Of a stretch of 64,000 nt of DNA, positions 26,185-38,699 are shown piece by piece. The notes beneath the pieces were generated by a model. The model searched no databases. It was not told the origin of the DNA and saw only the letters and a program-made list of their open reading frames with translations. The first letter of the stretch is position 1. Each line of letters starts with the position of its first letter. Position numbers and translations under genes: made by a program. This stretch comes from Hamiltosporidium tvaerminnensis FI-OER-3-3 (Eukaryota > Fungi > Microsporidia): positions 682,001-746,000 of the forward strand of contig JAKIMF020000005.1 in the NCBI GenBank assembly GCA_022605425.2. The letters are read 5' to 3'.

Positions 26185-27115
26185 CTAGACAAGGGCTCGT
26201 AGAAACGAACTTTCTTTTACATTCATAAGAAAAAAATGTCGGAAATAATCTTCAACTTCAAAATTTGTGCTATAGTTTCTTAGCCTTTTTAATTTAAAAT
26301 AAATAGCCTAACTTGGTCCCTTTCTTTAACTTTTTATAGTCAGCAATTTGCAAATTATTCACGCTTTGTGCAATTTACCAAACAAAAACTTAATATTTAT
26401 TAACTTGCCTATTTCGCTTTTTCTCTTATATTTACTTTCATTTTTCAAAACTTCAGCTCGGCGTTTTCTGTTTAGTCTTTTTACTTTTCAGTTATTAGCA
26501 TTCAATCTGTGTTTTCTTCGAAAAAATTTATTACTGGGAAATGTTTTATTTGTTTGAAAAACCGGGCTGTATAAAAATATGTTGTATTGATTATTCATTG
26601 TATAAATTCTCAGTATTTTTAATTAAAAATGTTTTAGTTTAATTAAGTATAAACTTCCACGAAGCTATTCAAGCAGAATTGTTTTGGGGAATCATTACTG
26701 AGAGTCTAAATATATTACGCAGAAGAATGGTAGAAACACATAAATCTTATCATACAATTTTTTATGAAACTGTAAATTCGTAGAAAAGAAATCAGAACAA
26801 ATTGATTTAATTTTTTTTTCAAAAATGAAAACTTTAGGAAAATTAAAAAAACAAATTTATAATTTTATTCTTTTAAATAATACAATTTAGAAGAAAATTT
26901 ATGAATTTTATTTCAATTTTTTTTTCGAACCATCTAAACTGTTAAATTGTTCTATTTTTTGTTCTACTCACTATTATTGGTTGTGTATGTTTTTTGAACA
27001 AACAGAAAGACTCTTTTGTTAATTAGGGCACTCTTATAGGTATCCTATTTTCTTTTAACAAATTAAACATTTCGAGGTGAGTCGTCTTCGGGACATGACT
27101 GAATTATGTAAATGA
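26185..27115 (-). mobile_element. Non-autonomous Helitron (~930 bp), copy 1
   Basis: Minus strand begins A|TC at 27115 and ends with hairpin GTTCGT-TTCT-ACGAGC, then CTAG|T at 26185. A collinear copy lies at 59395..61059. Confidence 0.7.
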
Positions 27116-27128
27116 TAAGTCTTGGTTA

Positions 27129-27844
27129 GTGGAGGGGGGATAACCACATAAAAAACTTTCTGCTTCGCAATGAGTGTGTGAAACTGGTGCGAGGTCATTG
27201 TTTAGATTTTTTGGTGGGAATACAACCACAATACATCTTCAGTTGTTCCATGGGAGTTGTTATGAGGAGAAGAGGTCTAAGAAATGGAAAAACTTTTTCT
27301 AAAAATTTATTTGTAGTTTTTTATGTAACCAGATTGCAGACCGCAGTTAAACATGTAGTTAATTGCTATGTAAAAACAGGCAAACCTACCCTTGCTCACT
27401 CGGATTAGAAGACTTAGCGCCTGGGAGATATAAAAATAAAAACTATTAAAGCGGGGAGAGCTAAGTAGCAGGTTATAACTGTTGGTATGACATTGCACTG
27501 TCTAGGTGGACCCCATGTAAATCTCTGAAATATATCTTAGCTAGAAGTTTATTGGGTTCAGAAAGTGTAGAGTAAGTGGGAATGCTGCATATTCTTTGGG
27601 GAGCCCAGGGGGCTTCGATCACACTTTATGCTACTGACATTTACGAAATCCAAGCAACAACCAGGCCTATTAATTAGGTTCTACACACCTGGTAGATGAA
27701 AGGCTTTGGGACGTAGGTATTGCAGGGGTTACCGATGGAGTATTGGAGTAGCAGTCATTTATGTTAAACCTAGAACCGTTAATGTGATGAAAACAAATAT
27801 AACACTTGCCATTATTTTAAAAAGATGTGATAATTTTAAATAAA
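27129..27844 (+). mobile_element. ~715-bp structured non-coding dispersed repeat (family A), copy 1
   Basis: Starts GTGGAGG..GATAACCACATAAAAAA and ends TTTAAATAAA. Collinear with the copies at 32728, 46563, 50244 and 59828. Confidence 0.9.
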
Positions 27845-28817
27845 GTCTATTTTTACCGTAAATTAAAAAACATTTTTAAACAATGTTACAATTTAAAAAT
27901 TTAAACGAGATTCTTTTTGGTTTCCAGTCGAATTTTATGATTAAATGAACAGAATTTGTTTATATTATAATATAAATTCATCAGAAACCTTTTCAAATAT
28001 ATCTGGCACTATTTATTTTTCTAATTTTTTATGTTGCTGTCGTATCTGAACTGCCATTTTTATAACATTCATTCTTATTACCTATTTATTTATCTCGTTT
28101 CATCGTAAATATCCGACTTAAATTTCTACCTATAATTTCATATCTGTATTTATATTGGCATATTTGATTCATTATTTTTAATTTTTACATATTGATGTAT
28201 TTTTACAATTTTTCAAGATATATTACACAATATAATTAACTTTATATTGGCTTAACCCTTCGTTTTAAAATTAAGACTGTACTTGATTTTTTTGCCATGA
28301 TATAAAAAAAAATAATTTGAATATTTATTGAGTTTTACCTGGTGAATTTATAGTATTTATTCATAAGTTATTTCGTGCTCTTTTAAATACCCTATCCAAT
28401 TTTATTGAATGTATAATAGACTTTTGCATATTTCCATGAAATTATTTTAATATTAAACATTCAAATAAAGTATCGGATAAACTGTAGGTCCTACTTTAAT
28501 GTTTTAAAATATATAAATAGAAACAAAAAACTAAAATTTGGTGCATTTGATTCTAAAATCTAATTAATGAAGCCATGTTTTTCTTTTTATGGCTAAACTT
28601 ATATACCCTATGTCGGGTTTATTTGCCTATTCCATTTTATTTTAACTCTATTTTATATTTTTAATCAATTTTTTGATTAAATTTCTACAAACTTTGAGTT
28701 TAATAATTTTGATATTTGTATGATTTAAACTTTTATTTTTATTGGCATGCATTATAGAAAAATACGATTTTTCTTTGAATTTTGGCTAAATATATTACGA
28801 AAGAATATATTTGAAAG

Positions 28818-29509
28818 TTTTATTGAATATGTTTATATCTTTTTAAAAGAGTAGCATATGTTATATTGTTTTCATGACATTGACGCATTTCTAGGTTTAA
28901 AATGGATAATTAATCACTCTCTAATGTTTCATCGGTATCTACTATCATACATATTCACAAGGTTTTTCTAATAAAAAATGTGATGAGTTCCCTTAATGTA
29001 CGAGGTCGTTATCCGGAGTTTGTTCATCCCCGTTGCTTATACTTTGACCGTATGTTAAAACTTCCATTAGGCATCACCGAGACCAGCAGCATTCCAACTT
29101 ACTCCACATTTTTCGACCCGAACAGAATTTCTACCAAAATATTTATTGGTGATTTACAATTATGTTCACCTAAACATTGAAATATCCTACCAACACGTAT
29201 AACCTGCTACCTAGCATTTCTGGCTTTTAAAATGATGCTTTTTTGTCTTCTTCGGACGCATAGTCTACTAACTCGAGTGAAAAATGTTAGGCTTCTATGA
29301 TTCTGACTGAAAATTGATCACGAATTCAATTTGTTTAGAATTTGGTAACATAGGAAACCAAAATTATTTTCGTGGAAAATTCCTCAAAGTTTTGTAGACT
29401 TTCTTGTGTATACTTATGCTTTGAACAACCGAAAATCTCAACAATGATTTTTACATCAATTTTATACTTTTTGCCGGTGGATAGGTTTTAGTGTTGATGC
29501 GCTCTCAAC
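28818..29509 (-). mobile_element. Family A repeat, diverged copy
   Basis: Recognisable blocks on the + strand: TTCATGACATTGACGCA.TTCTAGGTTTAA, CAGCATTCC.ACTTACTC, GTATAACCTGCTAC. Confidence 0.75.
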
Positions 29510-29692
29510 GATTAAATTTGAAATAAAGACATTTAATATAAACTATTGCTCTCTTTTAATGAAATCCATGTAATTCTTAAATAAAATAATTTATTCTTTT
29601 GTAAATTTTATTGCTCAAATATAAAAATATTGTTGATTCATATCATTTATTTTTTTGAAAAAGAAATAAATATTTTGTTTCAAAATTTATGC

Positions 29693-31000
29693 ATGAAAAA
29701 AGAATTTTTCGAACTGCAGAAGAAATTAGAAGAAAATAATATTCCGGAATGTCCCACTTTCATTCCAAAAGAGTTACGTTGTGAAAATATAAAGAACCAA
29801 TATGAAAACCTCTATAAATCTGTTCTCTATAATGTTTCAAAGAACCATTCAAATTTTCCGGTTCTATCTGATTATATTGGTATTGGTGTACCAGCAGATT
29901 TAGAAAAAATATCTTCTTTATTGACAGAAAAGGAAATAAGTGGTGACTTTTTTACAGATAAATTATGTTCGTGTCAAAATCAAATAAACAATAAGAAATT
30001 TACCAATAACGAATTTAAGAAAGCAAATAATCAAAATATAGAAAATACAGATTTTTCAACTAACAATTCGGTACAAAATAAGAAATTAAAAGAAACAAAT
30101 TCAAAAGAAAATACACAAGATCAAGCTATTTATGACAGAATTAGAAGTGAAATATTAGAAGGAACTGTAAGTATTAAATGGGAGGATATTATAGGATTAG
30201 AAAGTGTTAAAAAAACAATAAATGAAATTGTGGTATGGCCAATGATTCGCCCTGATATTTTTAAAGGATTAAGAGAACCTCCTAAGGGAATGCTACTTTT
30301 TGGACCGCCAGGTAATGGAAAAACCATGATAGGAAAATGTATAGCCAGTCAGTGTAAAGCCACATTCTTTTCTATAAGTGCATCTTCACTCACATCTAAA
30401 TGGGTAGGTGAAGGTGAAAAAATGGTTAGAGCATTGTTTTCTTTGGCAAGAGAACTTCAACCTTCTGTAATTTTTATTGATGAAATTGATTCTTTATTGT
30501 CTCAAAGAAGTGAAAACGAAAATGAAGGTACTCGAAGAATTAAAACAGAATTTTTGGTGCAATTCGATGGTGTGTCTACTTTATCAACAGATAAAATATT
30601 AGTTATTGGCGCAACCAATCGACCCCAAGAAATAGACGAAGCAGCAAGACGAAGACTCGTAAAAAGAATTTATGTTCCGTTACCAGAAAACGAAGCAAGA
30701 AAAAATTTAATAAGAAATCTTATAAAAGAATTTACCAATCTAATAACTGAAGATGAACTTGAAGAAATTTCAAAATTAACTGATGGTTATTCCGGTTCTG
30801 ATTTATACAATCTTTGTAGAGAAGCAGCAATGGAACCTTTACGTGAAATTGAAGATATTTTAAAGGTTTCTAATGATTCTACGAGACCAATAGTTTTTAA
30901 TGATTTTTTAAAAGCCAGTAATCAAATTAGAAAAAGCGTTAATAAGAGTGATTTAGCAGAATATATAAAATGGGATTCAATATTTGGCTCGAAATCATAA
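29693..31000 (+). CDS. Fidgetin-like (FIGNL1-type) meiotic-clade AAA+ ATPase
   Basis: Walker A GPPGNGKT, pore loop SKWVGEGEK, Walker [29 protein letters not shown] and Vps4-type C-terminal W..FG. First ATG at 29693; the ORF track starts at a TTG. Confidence 0.9.
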   Translation: MKKEFFELQKKLEENNIPECPTFIPKELRCENIKNQYENLYKSVLYNVSKNHSNFPVLSDYIGIGVPADLEKISSLLTEKEISGDFFTDKLCSCQNQINNKKFTNNEFKKANNQNIENTDFSTNNSVQNKKLKETNSKENTQDQAIYDRIRSEILEGTVSIKWEDIIGLESVKKTINEIVVWPMIRPDIFKGLREPPKGMLLFGPPGNGKTMIGKCIASQCKATFFSISASSLTSKWVGEGEKMVRALFSLARELQPSVIFIDEIDSLLSQRSENENEGTRRIKTEFLVQFDGVSTLSTDKILVIGATNRPQEIDEAARRRLVKRIYVPLPENEARKNLIRNLIKEFTNLITEDELEEISKLTDGYSGSDLYNLCREAAMEPLREIEDILKVSNDSTRPIVFNDFLKASNQIRKSVNKSDLAEYIKWDSIFGSKS

Positions 31001-31070
31001 TTTTAAATTTAAAATAAATTTATTTTAAAAAGGCAGTATTTTTTTTAGATTTGAGGTGTTTAATTTAAAA

Positions 31071-31240
31071 TTTATACCGAAATTGAATTATTAGAAAAGT
31101 TTTATATTTATTTATAATTTACAAGGAAATTAATAATTATTAAATTAATAATTATTTACAGTTTATACCGAAATTGAATTATTAGAAAAGTTTTATATTT
31201 ACTTATAACTTACAAGGAAATTAATAATTATTAAATTAAA
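31071..31240. repeat. Tandem duplication of ~90 bp just downstream of the ATPase
   Basis: TTTATACCGAAATTGAATTATTAGAAAAG... occurs at 31071 and 31162. Confidence 0.85.
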
Positions 31241-31796
31241 TTTTATTTCTTAATTTGTCTTTTACTCATTAGTGTTTTCCTTTTTAAAATATGCTTTGTT
31301 TAACACGTATTTTTATTGAAATATTTCTATATGAAAAGTAGAGATAATATTATTGAACAATAATAAGTACTTGATTTTCATATATAAAAGTTCGAATTTA
31401 AATATATTTTCAACTGAGAATAACTAATTATACACGTAAAACAACGTTTAAAAGTTTTATCTTTATTATAAATCTAACATAAGTATAATAAGATTTGTGA
31501 AAGACAAGGTGTAATATAATAAAATACCTAACTGCACCTTAAAAATATACAGTAAACACATGAAAAAATTTTTAAATTATTTAAAAAATAAGTAAATCTA
31601 ATAAAATAATATCAATGATGGAAGTAAAGAAAATAAACTATAAAGAACATAAATTAAAACTAAAAAAATATATTAAATTGTAATTGAAAAATGAATTCTA
31701 AAATAAATCGATATTCACTATAAAAAATTCTTAGAAATAATTAGTTGTAATATTTTTTGAGTAACAGAATATATAATCTTTGATTTTTTTATATTA

Positions 31797-32010
31797 GTTT
31801 TATACTATGAAGTTAAGTTTAGAAATAAAGTTGGTTTTATACTATGGAGTATAGTTTAGAAATAAAGTTGGTTTTATACTATGGAGTTAAGTTTAGAAAT
31901 AAAGTTGGTTTTATACTATGAAGTTAAGTTTAGAAATAAAGTTGGTTTTATACTATGGAGTTAAGTTTAGAAAAATAGTTGGTATTATACTGTGAAGTTA
32001 AGTTTAGAAA
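31797..32010. repeat. Minisatellite, 37-bp unit x ~5.8
   Basis: Unit GTTTTATACTATGRAGTTAAGTTTAGAAATAAAGTTG starts at 31797, 31834, 31871, 31908, 31945 and 31982. No spacers. Confidence 0.95.
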
Positions 32011-32727
32011 ATTGTTAAATCAAAAAATATGTTTTTAAGCTTTTTTTAGGCAATCTACTCTTTGTATGTAAACTACCAAGTTTGTTCGTAAATTAATTAT
32101 TTTTAATATAATTCTTGCACAAATTATTTTTAAATTGATTTTAATTTTAATGCATAATTAAGATCAAATACTGGTTTTTCTATAATGAGAGTTAAAATAA
32201 TTTCGATTGTTTATTTTTCTTGTCTGAATTCATGTCAAACTTGTGAGAAAGTTTATTTCAAGAAAAAATCAATTAATATACATATAAATACCTTGTCTAT
32301 TATCTTGTGTGGTAAATAAGTTTTTTTAAAAATAAATATAAACTTAATCCTAAAATATTATAAAAAAAACTTTAAAGTTGCTATAAAAAAGTAAAATCGG
32401 TGTAAGCGATTATTATTGAATTGAATATTGAAAAAAGAGGAAATAGTAATAATTAAGAACCATTTTATAGTGCAATTACTATTTTTGTTCATTTAACAAA
32501 CTGAATGAGTAACATTTTATTGATCCTGACATTTTAAATTAAATTTTAAAAATATAAAAATTTTTAAGTCTATTTAATAATTATCAGCATAAATAGAATA
32601 GAAATAACTGAAAAGTTACATTAAGCTTTTTTCTTAATTTCATAATTTTTAATAAAATGTTTGATAAAGAAATTAATGGTAGTTTATAGCACCAAAAAAC
32701 TTGTCTCTTATTAACAAAAAAAATAAC

Positions 32728-33438
32728 TTTATTTAAAAATAGTACATTTTTTTAGAACAGTGGAAAGTGTTATATTTTTTTTCATGACATTAACTTAGGG
32801 TAGGTTTAACGTAAATAACTGCTACCCCAACACTCCATCGGTAACCCCTGCGATACCTACGTCCCAAAGCCTTTTACCTACGAGGTGTGTAGAACCTAAT
32901 TAATAGACGAGGCATTTGCCCGATGTTTGTAAATTTCTGTAGCATAAAGTGTGATTGAAGCCCTCTGGGCTTCCTAAAGAACATGCAGTATTCCCACTTA
33001 CTCTACACTTTGTGAACCCTTTAAATTTTTAGCTAATATATATTTAAGACTTAGATGAGGTCCACATAGACAGTGCAATATCACACCACAGGTATGACCT
33101 TCTACTTAGCTCTCCCAGCTTTTAATGTTTTTTATTTTTATATCTCCCAGTTGCTAGTCTTCTAACCTGAGTGAGCAAGGCTATGTTTCCATGTTTTTCT
33201 TGGCAATTACCTACATGTTCAGCTGCAGTCTGCTATCTAGTTACATAAAAAACTACAAATAAATTTTTAGAAAAAGTTTCGCTATTTCTTAGATCTCTCT
33301 CCTAATAGCAACTTCCATGGAACAACCGAAGATATAGTGTGGTTTTATTCCCACCAAAAATACAAACAATGATCTTCACTGCAATTTTAGTTACTCATTA
33401 AATGCAGAGAGTTTTTTGTGTGATTATTCTTCCTCCGC
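32728..33438 (-). mobile_element. Family A repeat, copy 2
   Basis: Reverse complement runs GCGGAGGAAGAATAATCAC ... TTTTTAAATAAA and is collinear with the other copies. Confidence 0.9.
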
Positions 33439-33829
33439 GATATATTCATTGAAAATAAATATTTTAATTTAATACCAAGAAAAACTGAACGAAATGATGA
33501 GCTTTTATAACGTAAAATTACGAAAACGATGTGAAATACTATTGCACCTTGATTTTGAGTTATAAATCTTACCATTGTAAAAGCTTGATCTAGAAAGGCT
33601 TATATATTTATTTGCATTTGATTTTTTGAATAAATAAATAGGCTTAAGAAGTATAAAATATATATTTTTTGATATTGGGATTTCTGAATAGTAAAGATAG
33701 AACGATGTTAAAATTATTGTATAGTTTTTTACTTATTGAATTCAAAATATTTTTTAGGTAATATCCTTATAATTATTATATTTTAGCTTTTTTTAGTAAT
33801 CAACGTATATTTCTAAAAAATGTGTAAAA

Positions 33830-34475
33830 TCGAGTAGATGGGTACCTCTTTGAGAGTATAAACTCTTTTAAATACCTAGATGTGCTTCTGATGAATAATA
33901 ATGCAAACAGTGTGGAGATAATAGAGAGAGTTCAAGCTGGAAATAATGCATATTTTGGCTTACAAAAAATCCTAAATCACGACTTTTAATCAGGAGGAGC
34001 ACTATAAAAATTCAAAGAATTGGTCTTAAACCTATAGTCATGTACCGCTGTAAAACCGCAAAATTGAAAAGACGTAATGAAGCAATACTGAGCATATGGG
34101 AACGAAGGATTTTAGAAGAATATACAAACCCATAAAAAAAACTAGCAAGGAAAGTGGTGAATTCTTTTAACCGTCGAGCGCAAACATGCATACTGAAATA
34201 GATGATTGTTAAAAGATGTTAAAAGAATCTGAATCCGATGACCGATTCATCTTGAACTAATGCCAGAAAGCAGAGCTTTGAAAAGAGTCTATATGTTTAA
34301 TCTAAAAGGTCGATGACTTATTGGTAACCCTAAATATAGATGGATATATGCTCAAAAATGATCTTGGTAACCTTGTTATAGACGAATGGAAAAGAACTGC
34401 GCTTGTTAAGGACTAATGGAAGTAAATAGTAAAATATCCATGGACCGCAATGCCATTGAGTAAGTAAGTAAGTAA
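33830..34475 (+). mobile_element. RTE-clade non-LTR retrotransposon 3' fossil
   Basis: Broken translation FKYL, EIIERVQAGNNAYFGL, KPIVMY, SIWERRIL, PKYRW. Ends in GCCATTGAG(TAAG)n microsatellite tail. Confidence 0.8.
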
Positions 34476-35081
34476 AATAAATATACAAAGATTGCAATAA
34501 AGTTCAAATTTAAGAAATTTTTAATTTTAATATATATATAAATTAAAGCTAAAAAATCATTCGGGATAAAACAAAAACTACATCCAGAAAATCTAAAATC
34601 TTGTTAGATTAAAAAAATTAGAAAATGAAAAATTATGATTTATATATGTTGCACCTAAATATATAGAAAACTATGGTTTTCTTAGTCGCTATATAATGGT
34701 ATATTATACCGTTGAAATTATATTTGGTTTTACAAATCGATTCGACTTTATCAAATCCTTCGTTCAAAAATTATGGATTTAATGAGAAAACCTAAATAAT
34801 AAGGTCAGAGTCAAAACAAGCTGTAATAAAAAAATTATAAAAATCTTCCTTGGACAGTAAAATATATTAAAAAAAATAAATTAATGAAAAAATCATATCT
34901 GATATGCGAAGAACGAAAACAATTATAGTCAAAAAGCAAATCTTGATCTTTCCAAAATCATACAAAAACAATTAAATTCTATAAACCTGCTGATTAATCT
35001 AATTTTAGAAATTTAAAAATATTTTTAGACTCATATAAATACACTTCTAAATAAAATAAAAAATAATTTATTATTAATAAG

Positions 35082-36785
35082 TTATAAAACTTCCTTTTTA
35101 TACATTTTTGTAAGTTTTTCGCAAATTTTATTCGAAAAAAAAGCAAAAATATCTGACATCATTGTCTTATCGTTTTTTATTTCTTCAATTACACATAAAG
35201 ATTTTGCCAAAACACTTTTATCTATTTCGTCATATTTTATTAAATATTTGAATATCTGTTCATACCATTTTCTTTTTGAAGCATATTTCAATGCCATAAA
35301 TATATCATTTTCAGAAATATAAAAATTATTTTTTAGATTAAAAATTACTGAAATAAACCAAAAAGGCTGTTTTTTTAGCATTTCACAACTTACAAATCTA
35401 TTTCTTATATTTTCATAATTTTTTATACAATAATCAATGAATTTAGAATCATCTACGATGTAATCACATTTAAGATCATTAATTATATTAAATACTTCAT
35501 CATATCCTCCTATATTCAAATAATAATTGATATAATATTTATACACAATATTTATATCTATTTTATTACGTGAACATAAAGAAATAAAAAAATAAAAATT
35601 TATCAGATTGACTTCAACAATCTTTAAATAATTTTCAAAATATTTTAAAAAATTTTTGGTAAAAGAAAGATATTCTAAACTTAATTTCCAATCAATTGAA
35701 AATAGAAAATTACCAATGAATTCAAAAGAATAAAAAATATTGAAAATATTTTCAGGAAGCATCGGACATACAAAAAACAATACAAGTCTTAGCCATCCAT
35801 CTAACCTATAAAGAAGTTTGTCAAAGTCTCGTTTAAGAATTAAAATATAATCTGAATCATTGTCATCTATGAGATGATTCATGTCTTCGTATTTAGAAAT
35901 AAATTTTCCGTTTTTTCTTTCAACAAAAAACAATTTATAGCAAAGTTTTTCAATAGAAGTGATATTTTCTGTATTTAAATTTCCAAATAATATATCTTTT
36001 AGATTGTTTGGTATGTTTTTTTCATATTTTGTTTTCCATTTATCCATCATTTCTGTATATTCATCAGTTTTTATTCCAAAACTACAAAACCTTTCTATTT
36101 CAAAAAATGATTCTATAACTGGTTTTATATCCGGATATTTAGAAATTATTTGTGTAAAATAACCTCTTATGGCCATTTTTCTATAATTATTATTTTCAAC
36201 AAAAAAATTTACAGACAACCATTCACTAAGTTTTAAAGGATATGGAATATTTTCATCTAAAGTAAGATGTATCAGACATAAATATGAATGATATTTTTGT
36301 AATTTTCGTTTAAAACTTTGATCATCTGTATTATAATGAGAGAGTAATAAATATTTTAGATTTTGAATCAAAATATTTTTCTTAAAGGAACTAAAATCGT
36401 AAAAATCTTTCGCTTTCCTTTCATTATTGAAATAATCGATTTTTTTATTGTCATTTTTTGATTTTACAACGTTTATTTCTTCGTTATTAGAATTATACGA
36501 TTTAGAAATATTCAAATCTACTTTTTGTTCATTGATGTTTGGCACATTTGTCCCTTCATGTGCCGAAATACACGAGTTAGAAATATTCAAATCAATTCTA
36601 TCTTCTATAAACATTAAAAGTGTTTCATAAGGTGTATATGATGTTTTATCGTTATATTTTATATAATCTTTAATAAGTTTCATTGTTTGAAGGTAAAATG
36701 CATAATAATCTTCCCTACAAATTTCCTTCTTTTTATTTCCTGTTTTTTTATTCCTAAGCAACAAGAAATGATTTAACGATAGCAT
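35082..36785 (-). CDS. Alpha-solenoid protein, probable divergent nucleoporin Nup85
   Basis: Long intact ORF (first ATG 36785). Motifs LCLIHL..PLKLSEWL, YRKMAIRG and FLFSIDWKLSLEYL occur in the same order as Nup85 L.E..F..L.DWV, LVL.G and LF...LW..G.DY. CDS is secure; the identity is an inference. Confidence 0.55.
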   Translation of the reverse strand: MLSLNHFLLLRNKKTGNKKKEICREDYYAFYLQTMKLIKDYIKYNDKTSYTPYETLLMFIEDRIDLNISNSCISAHEGTNVPNINEQKVDLNISKSYNSNNEEINVVKSKNDNKKIDYFNNERKAKDFYDFSSFKKNILIQNLKYLLLSHYNTDDQSFKRKLQKYHSYLCLIHLTLDENIPYPLKLSEWLSVNFFVENNNYRKMAIRGYFTQIISKYPDIKPVIESFFEIERFCSFGIKTDEYTEMMDKWKTKYEKNIPNNLKDILFGNLNTENITSIEKLCYKLFFVERKNGKFISKYEDMNHLIDDNDSDYILILKRDFDKLLYRLDGWLRLVLFFVCPMLPENIFNIFYSFEFIGNFLFSIDWKLSLEYLSFTKNFLKYFENYLKIVEVNLINFYFFISLCSRNKIDINIVYKYYINYYLNIGGYDEVFNIINDLKCDYIVDDSKFIDYCIKNYENIRNRFVSCEMLKKQPFWFISVIFNLKNNFYISENDIFMALKYASKRKWYEQIFKYLIKYDEIDKSVLAKSLCVIEEIKNDKTMMSDIFAFFSNKICEKLTKMYKKEVL

Positions 36786-38015
36786 AACGCTGTTCAAATA
36801 TTTTTTTTATTTAAAAAAACTGTCAAATCTATCAAAGAGATATAGAATCAGTTCTTTTCTACAAATAAAATTTCTCTATTTTATTTTTTTTCTTTTTTTA
36901 GAAAATTATTTTCAAAAATGAACTAAGAATTGCAAAGACTAAAACATTTAGTCTGCAATTATTTGTGTCTTTAAAACTTCAAATTTAAATACCGAATGAG
37001 AAGCTAATAAAAAACGCTAAAATATATAATTTAATTTAAAAATCAAATTGTTGTAAATTTCTAGACTCGGTCTAAGAATGTAAATTTAAATTTAAAAATA
37101 ATTGTTATTAACGTATAAAGAAAAACTATTGATAGAATTTTAAACTAGCCTTTTGAAAAATATTTACGATTTGCATCAAATGATTATAAATTAATTGTAG
37201 CAAATTTAGATATTATCTATTGATAACCATTTCAATATATTTAAGCATTCAATTTTCCTTAAAATAAATTATAAATAAATTACACTGAGCTAATTTCAAT
37301 ATGGATAGATTTTTTTATATGGTTATTATGATAAATACAATCATATTATTACTTTTAGGTATAATATATTGAAAAAATAGCTTTATAAACGAATAACTAT
37401 TACTTTTTATTTTCTACTACAGAAGATAAGTAAATATTTTATGATTTGTAAAGTACAGAAATATTATTTTATTGTAATTGAAAATATAATGAAAAATACA
37501 TGTAAATCTTAAAATTTATTTTTTATATAAAATCGAATTTAAACTCAAAAAACGATTTTAAGTTTAATTATTTATTTTTTGTTCTTAATTTGGTTCGAAA
37601 AAAAACATTTAAAAAATATTCTTTAACTGTTTTTCACTTTTTTATATTTAAATCCAAACGTACAAGAAACTTGAATCTTGCTTAATAATCTGTATAAACT
37701 ATTTAATAATGAATTTTTAGTAAATAAGTTAGGGCTTAACATTTGTAAAAATTTAAACTTTTTTTTATATTCTATATGTTTTAAAACCGTAAACATGAAA
37801 TACAGCAGATTATATTCTACTTTTAATACATAAATTACACGTTTTGGTAGGGAAACTTAGATATGTCATTATTAATGGCAACAAAATTGTAATGACTCGT
37901 AATTATTATTTTTAATAGATCGTTGTAATATTTTTTATAATCTGTAATATTAAATATGATAAGCCATGTTTTTCTTTTGTGATATTTTAATGTGTTTTTT
38001 TCATATGAACTTATT

Positions 38016-38695
38016 GAAGAACGAAAATCACATTAAAAAGTAGCCACATGGTGATAGTTAGATTAAATTGGTATTAAAATCATTGTTTGGATTTTTGATG
38101 GAATGAAAACCATATTACATTTCTTATTTTTCTGTACCAATCGTTACAAGAAAACTAAAGTCTATAAAATGGTGAAATTTATTCTACGAAGAAGCTTTTG
38201 GTTTTTTATGTAACTAGATTTTAATCACGGCCGAAATCTAGCTTTATTCACTCAATTAGGAGACACAGCGCCAGTAAAGTACAAAAAATATACCCTTTAA
38301 AAATCTAGGAAAATTAAGTAACATGTAATACAGTCAGTATGAAAATGCAACGTCTAGGTATCAAGAATGTAATTTTCAAGCTACATTTTCGCTGAATGTT
38401 TATTTTGTTTTTAAGATTTTGAAGAAACAGAAATAATTCTTGTTCTGGAGTAAGAAATATTGATTTGATCTGTATCAACTTCCAAGCAAAATTTATTGGT
38501 GAAGGAATTGTCTTTTTTGCTGGTATATTTGTTTCCTACATATTAAATATGAAAAGCTCTGAAATCAAAGTGTCTAAGAAATACTATCGATTTTTTGAGA
38601 AAATATTTCTATATTTGAACCTAAAACTGTGTTACTGACATAAAAAAGATATATCCATGTTATTTTATAAGATATTAAAAATTATTTTTAAATAA
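38016..38695 (+). mobile_element. Family A repeat, old degenerate copy
   Basis: Retains ATCATTGTTTGGATTTTTG, TTTTTATGTAACTAGATT, GTCTAGGT and the 3' block AACCTAAAACTGTGTTA.TG.CAT...TTAAATAA. Confidence 0.7.
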
Positions 38696-38699
38696 TACT

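Noticed and set aside
27178-27498. Short ORFs inside family A copies (also 28980, 46901, 50289, 50589, 59859)
   Set aside because: Mostly non-ATG starts; frames break differently in each copy; no recognisable domain.
31797-32010. CRISPR array (37-bp units starting GTTTTA)
   Set aside because: Units are contiguous with no unique spacers, there are no cas genes, and the context is eukaryotic.
36928-36960. Hairpin AATTGCA.AGACTAAA/TTTAGTCT.GCAATT upstream of the Nup85-like gene
   Set aside because: Single short AT-rich palindrome with no second copy or functional context.
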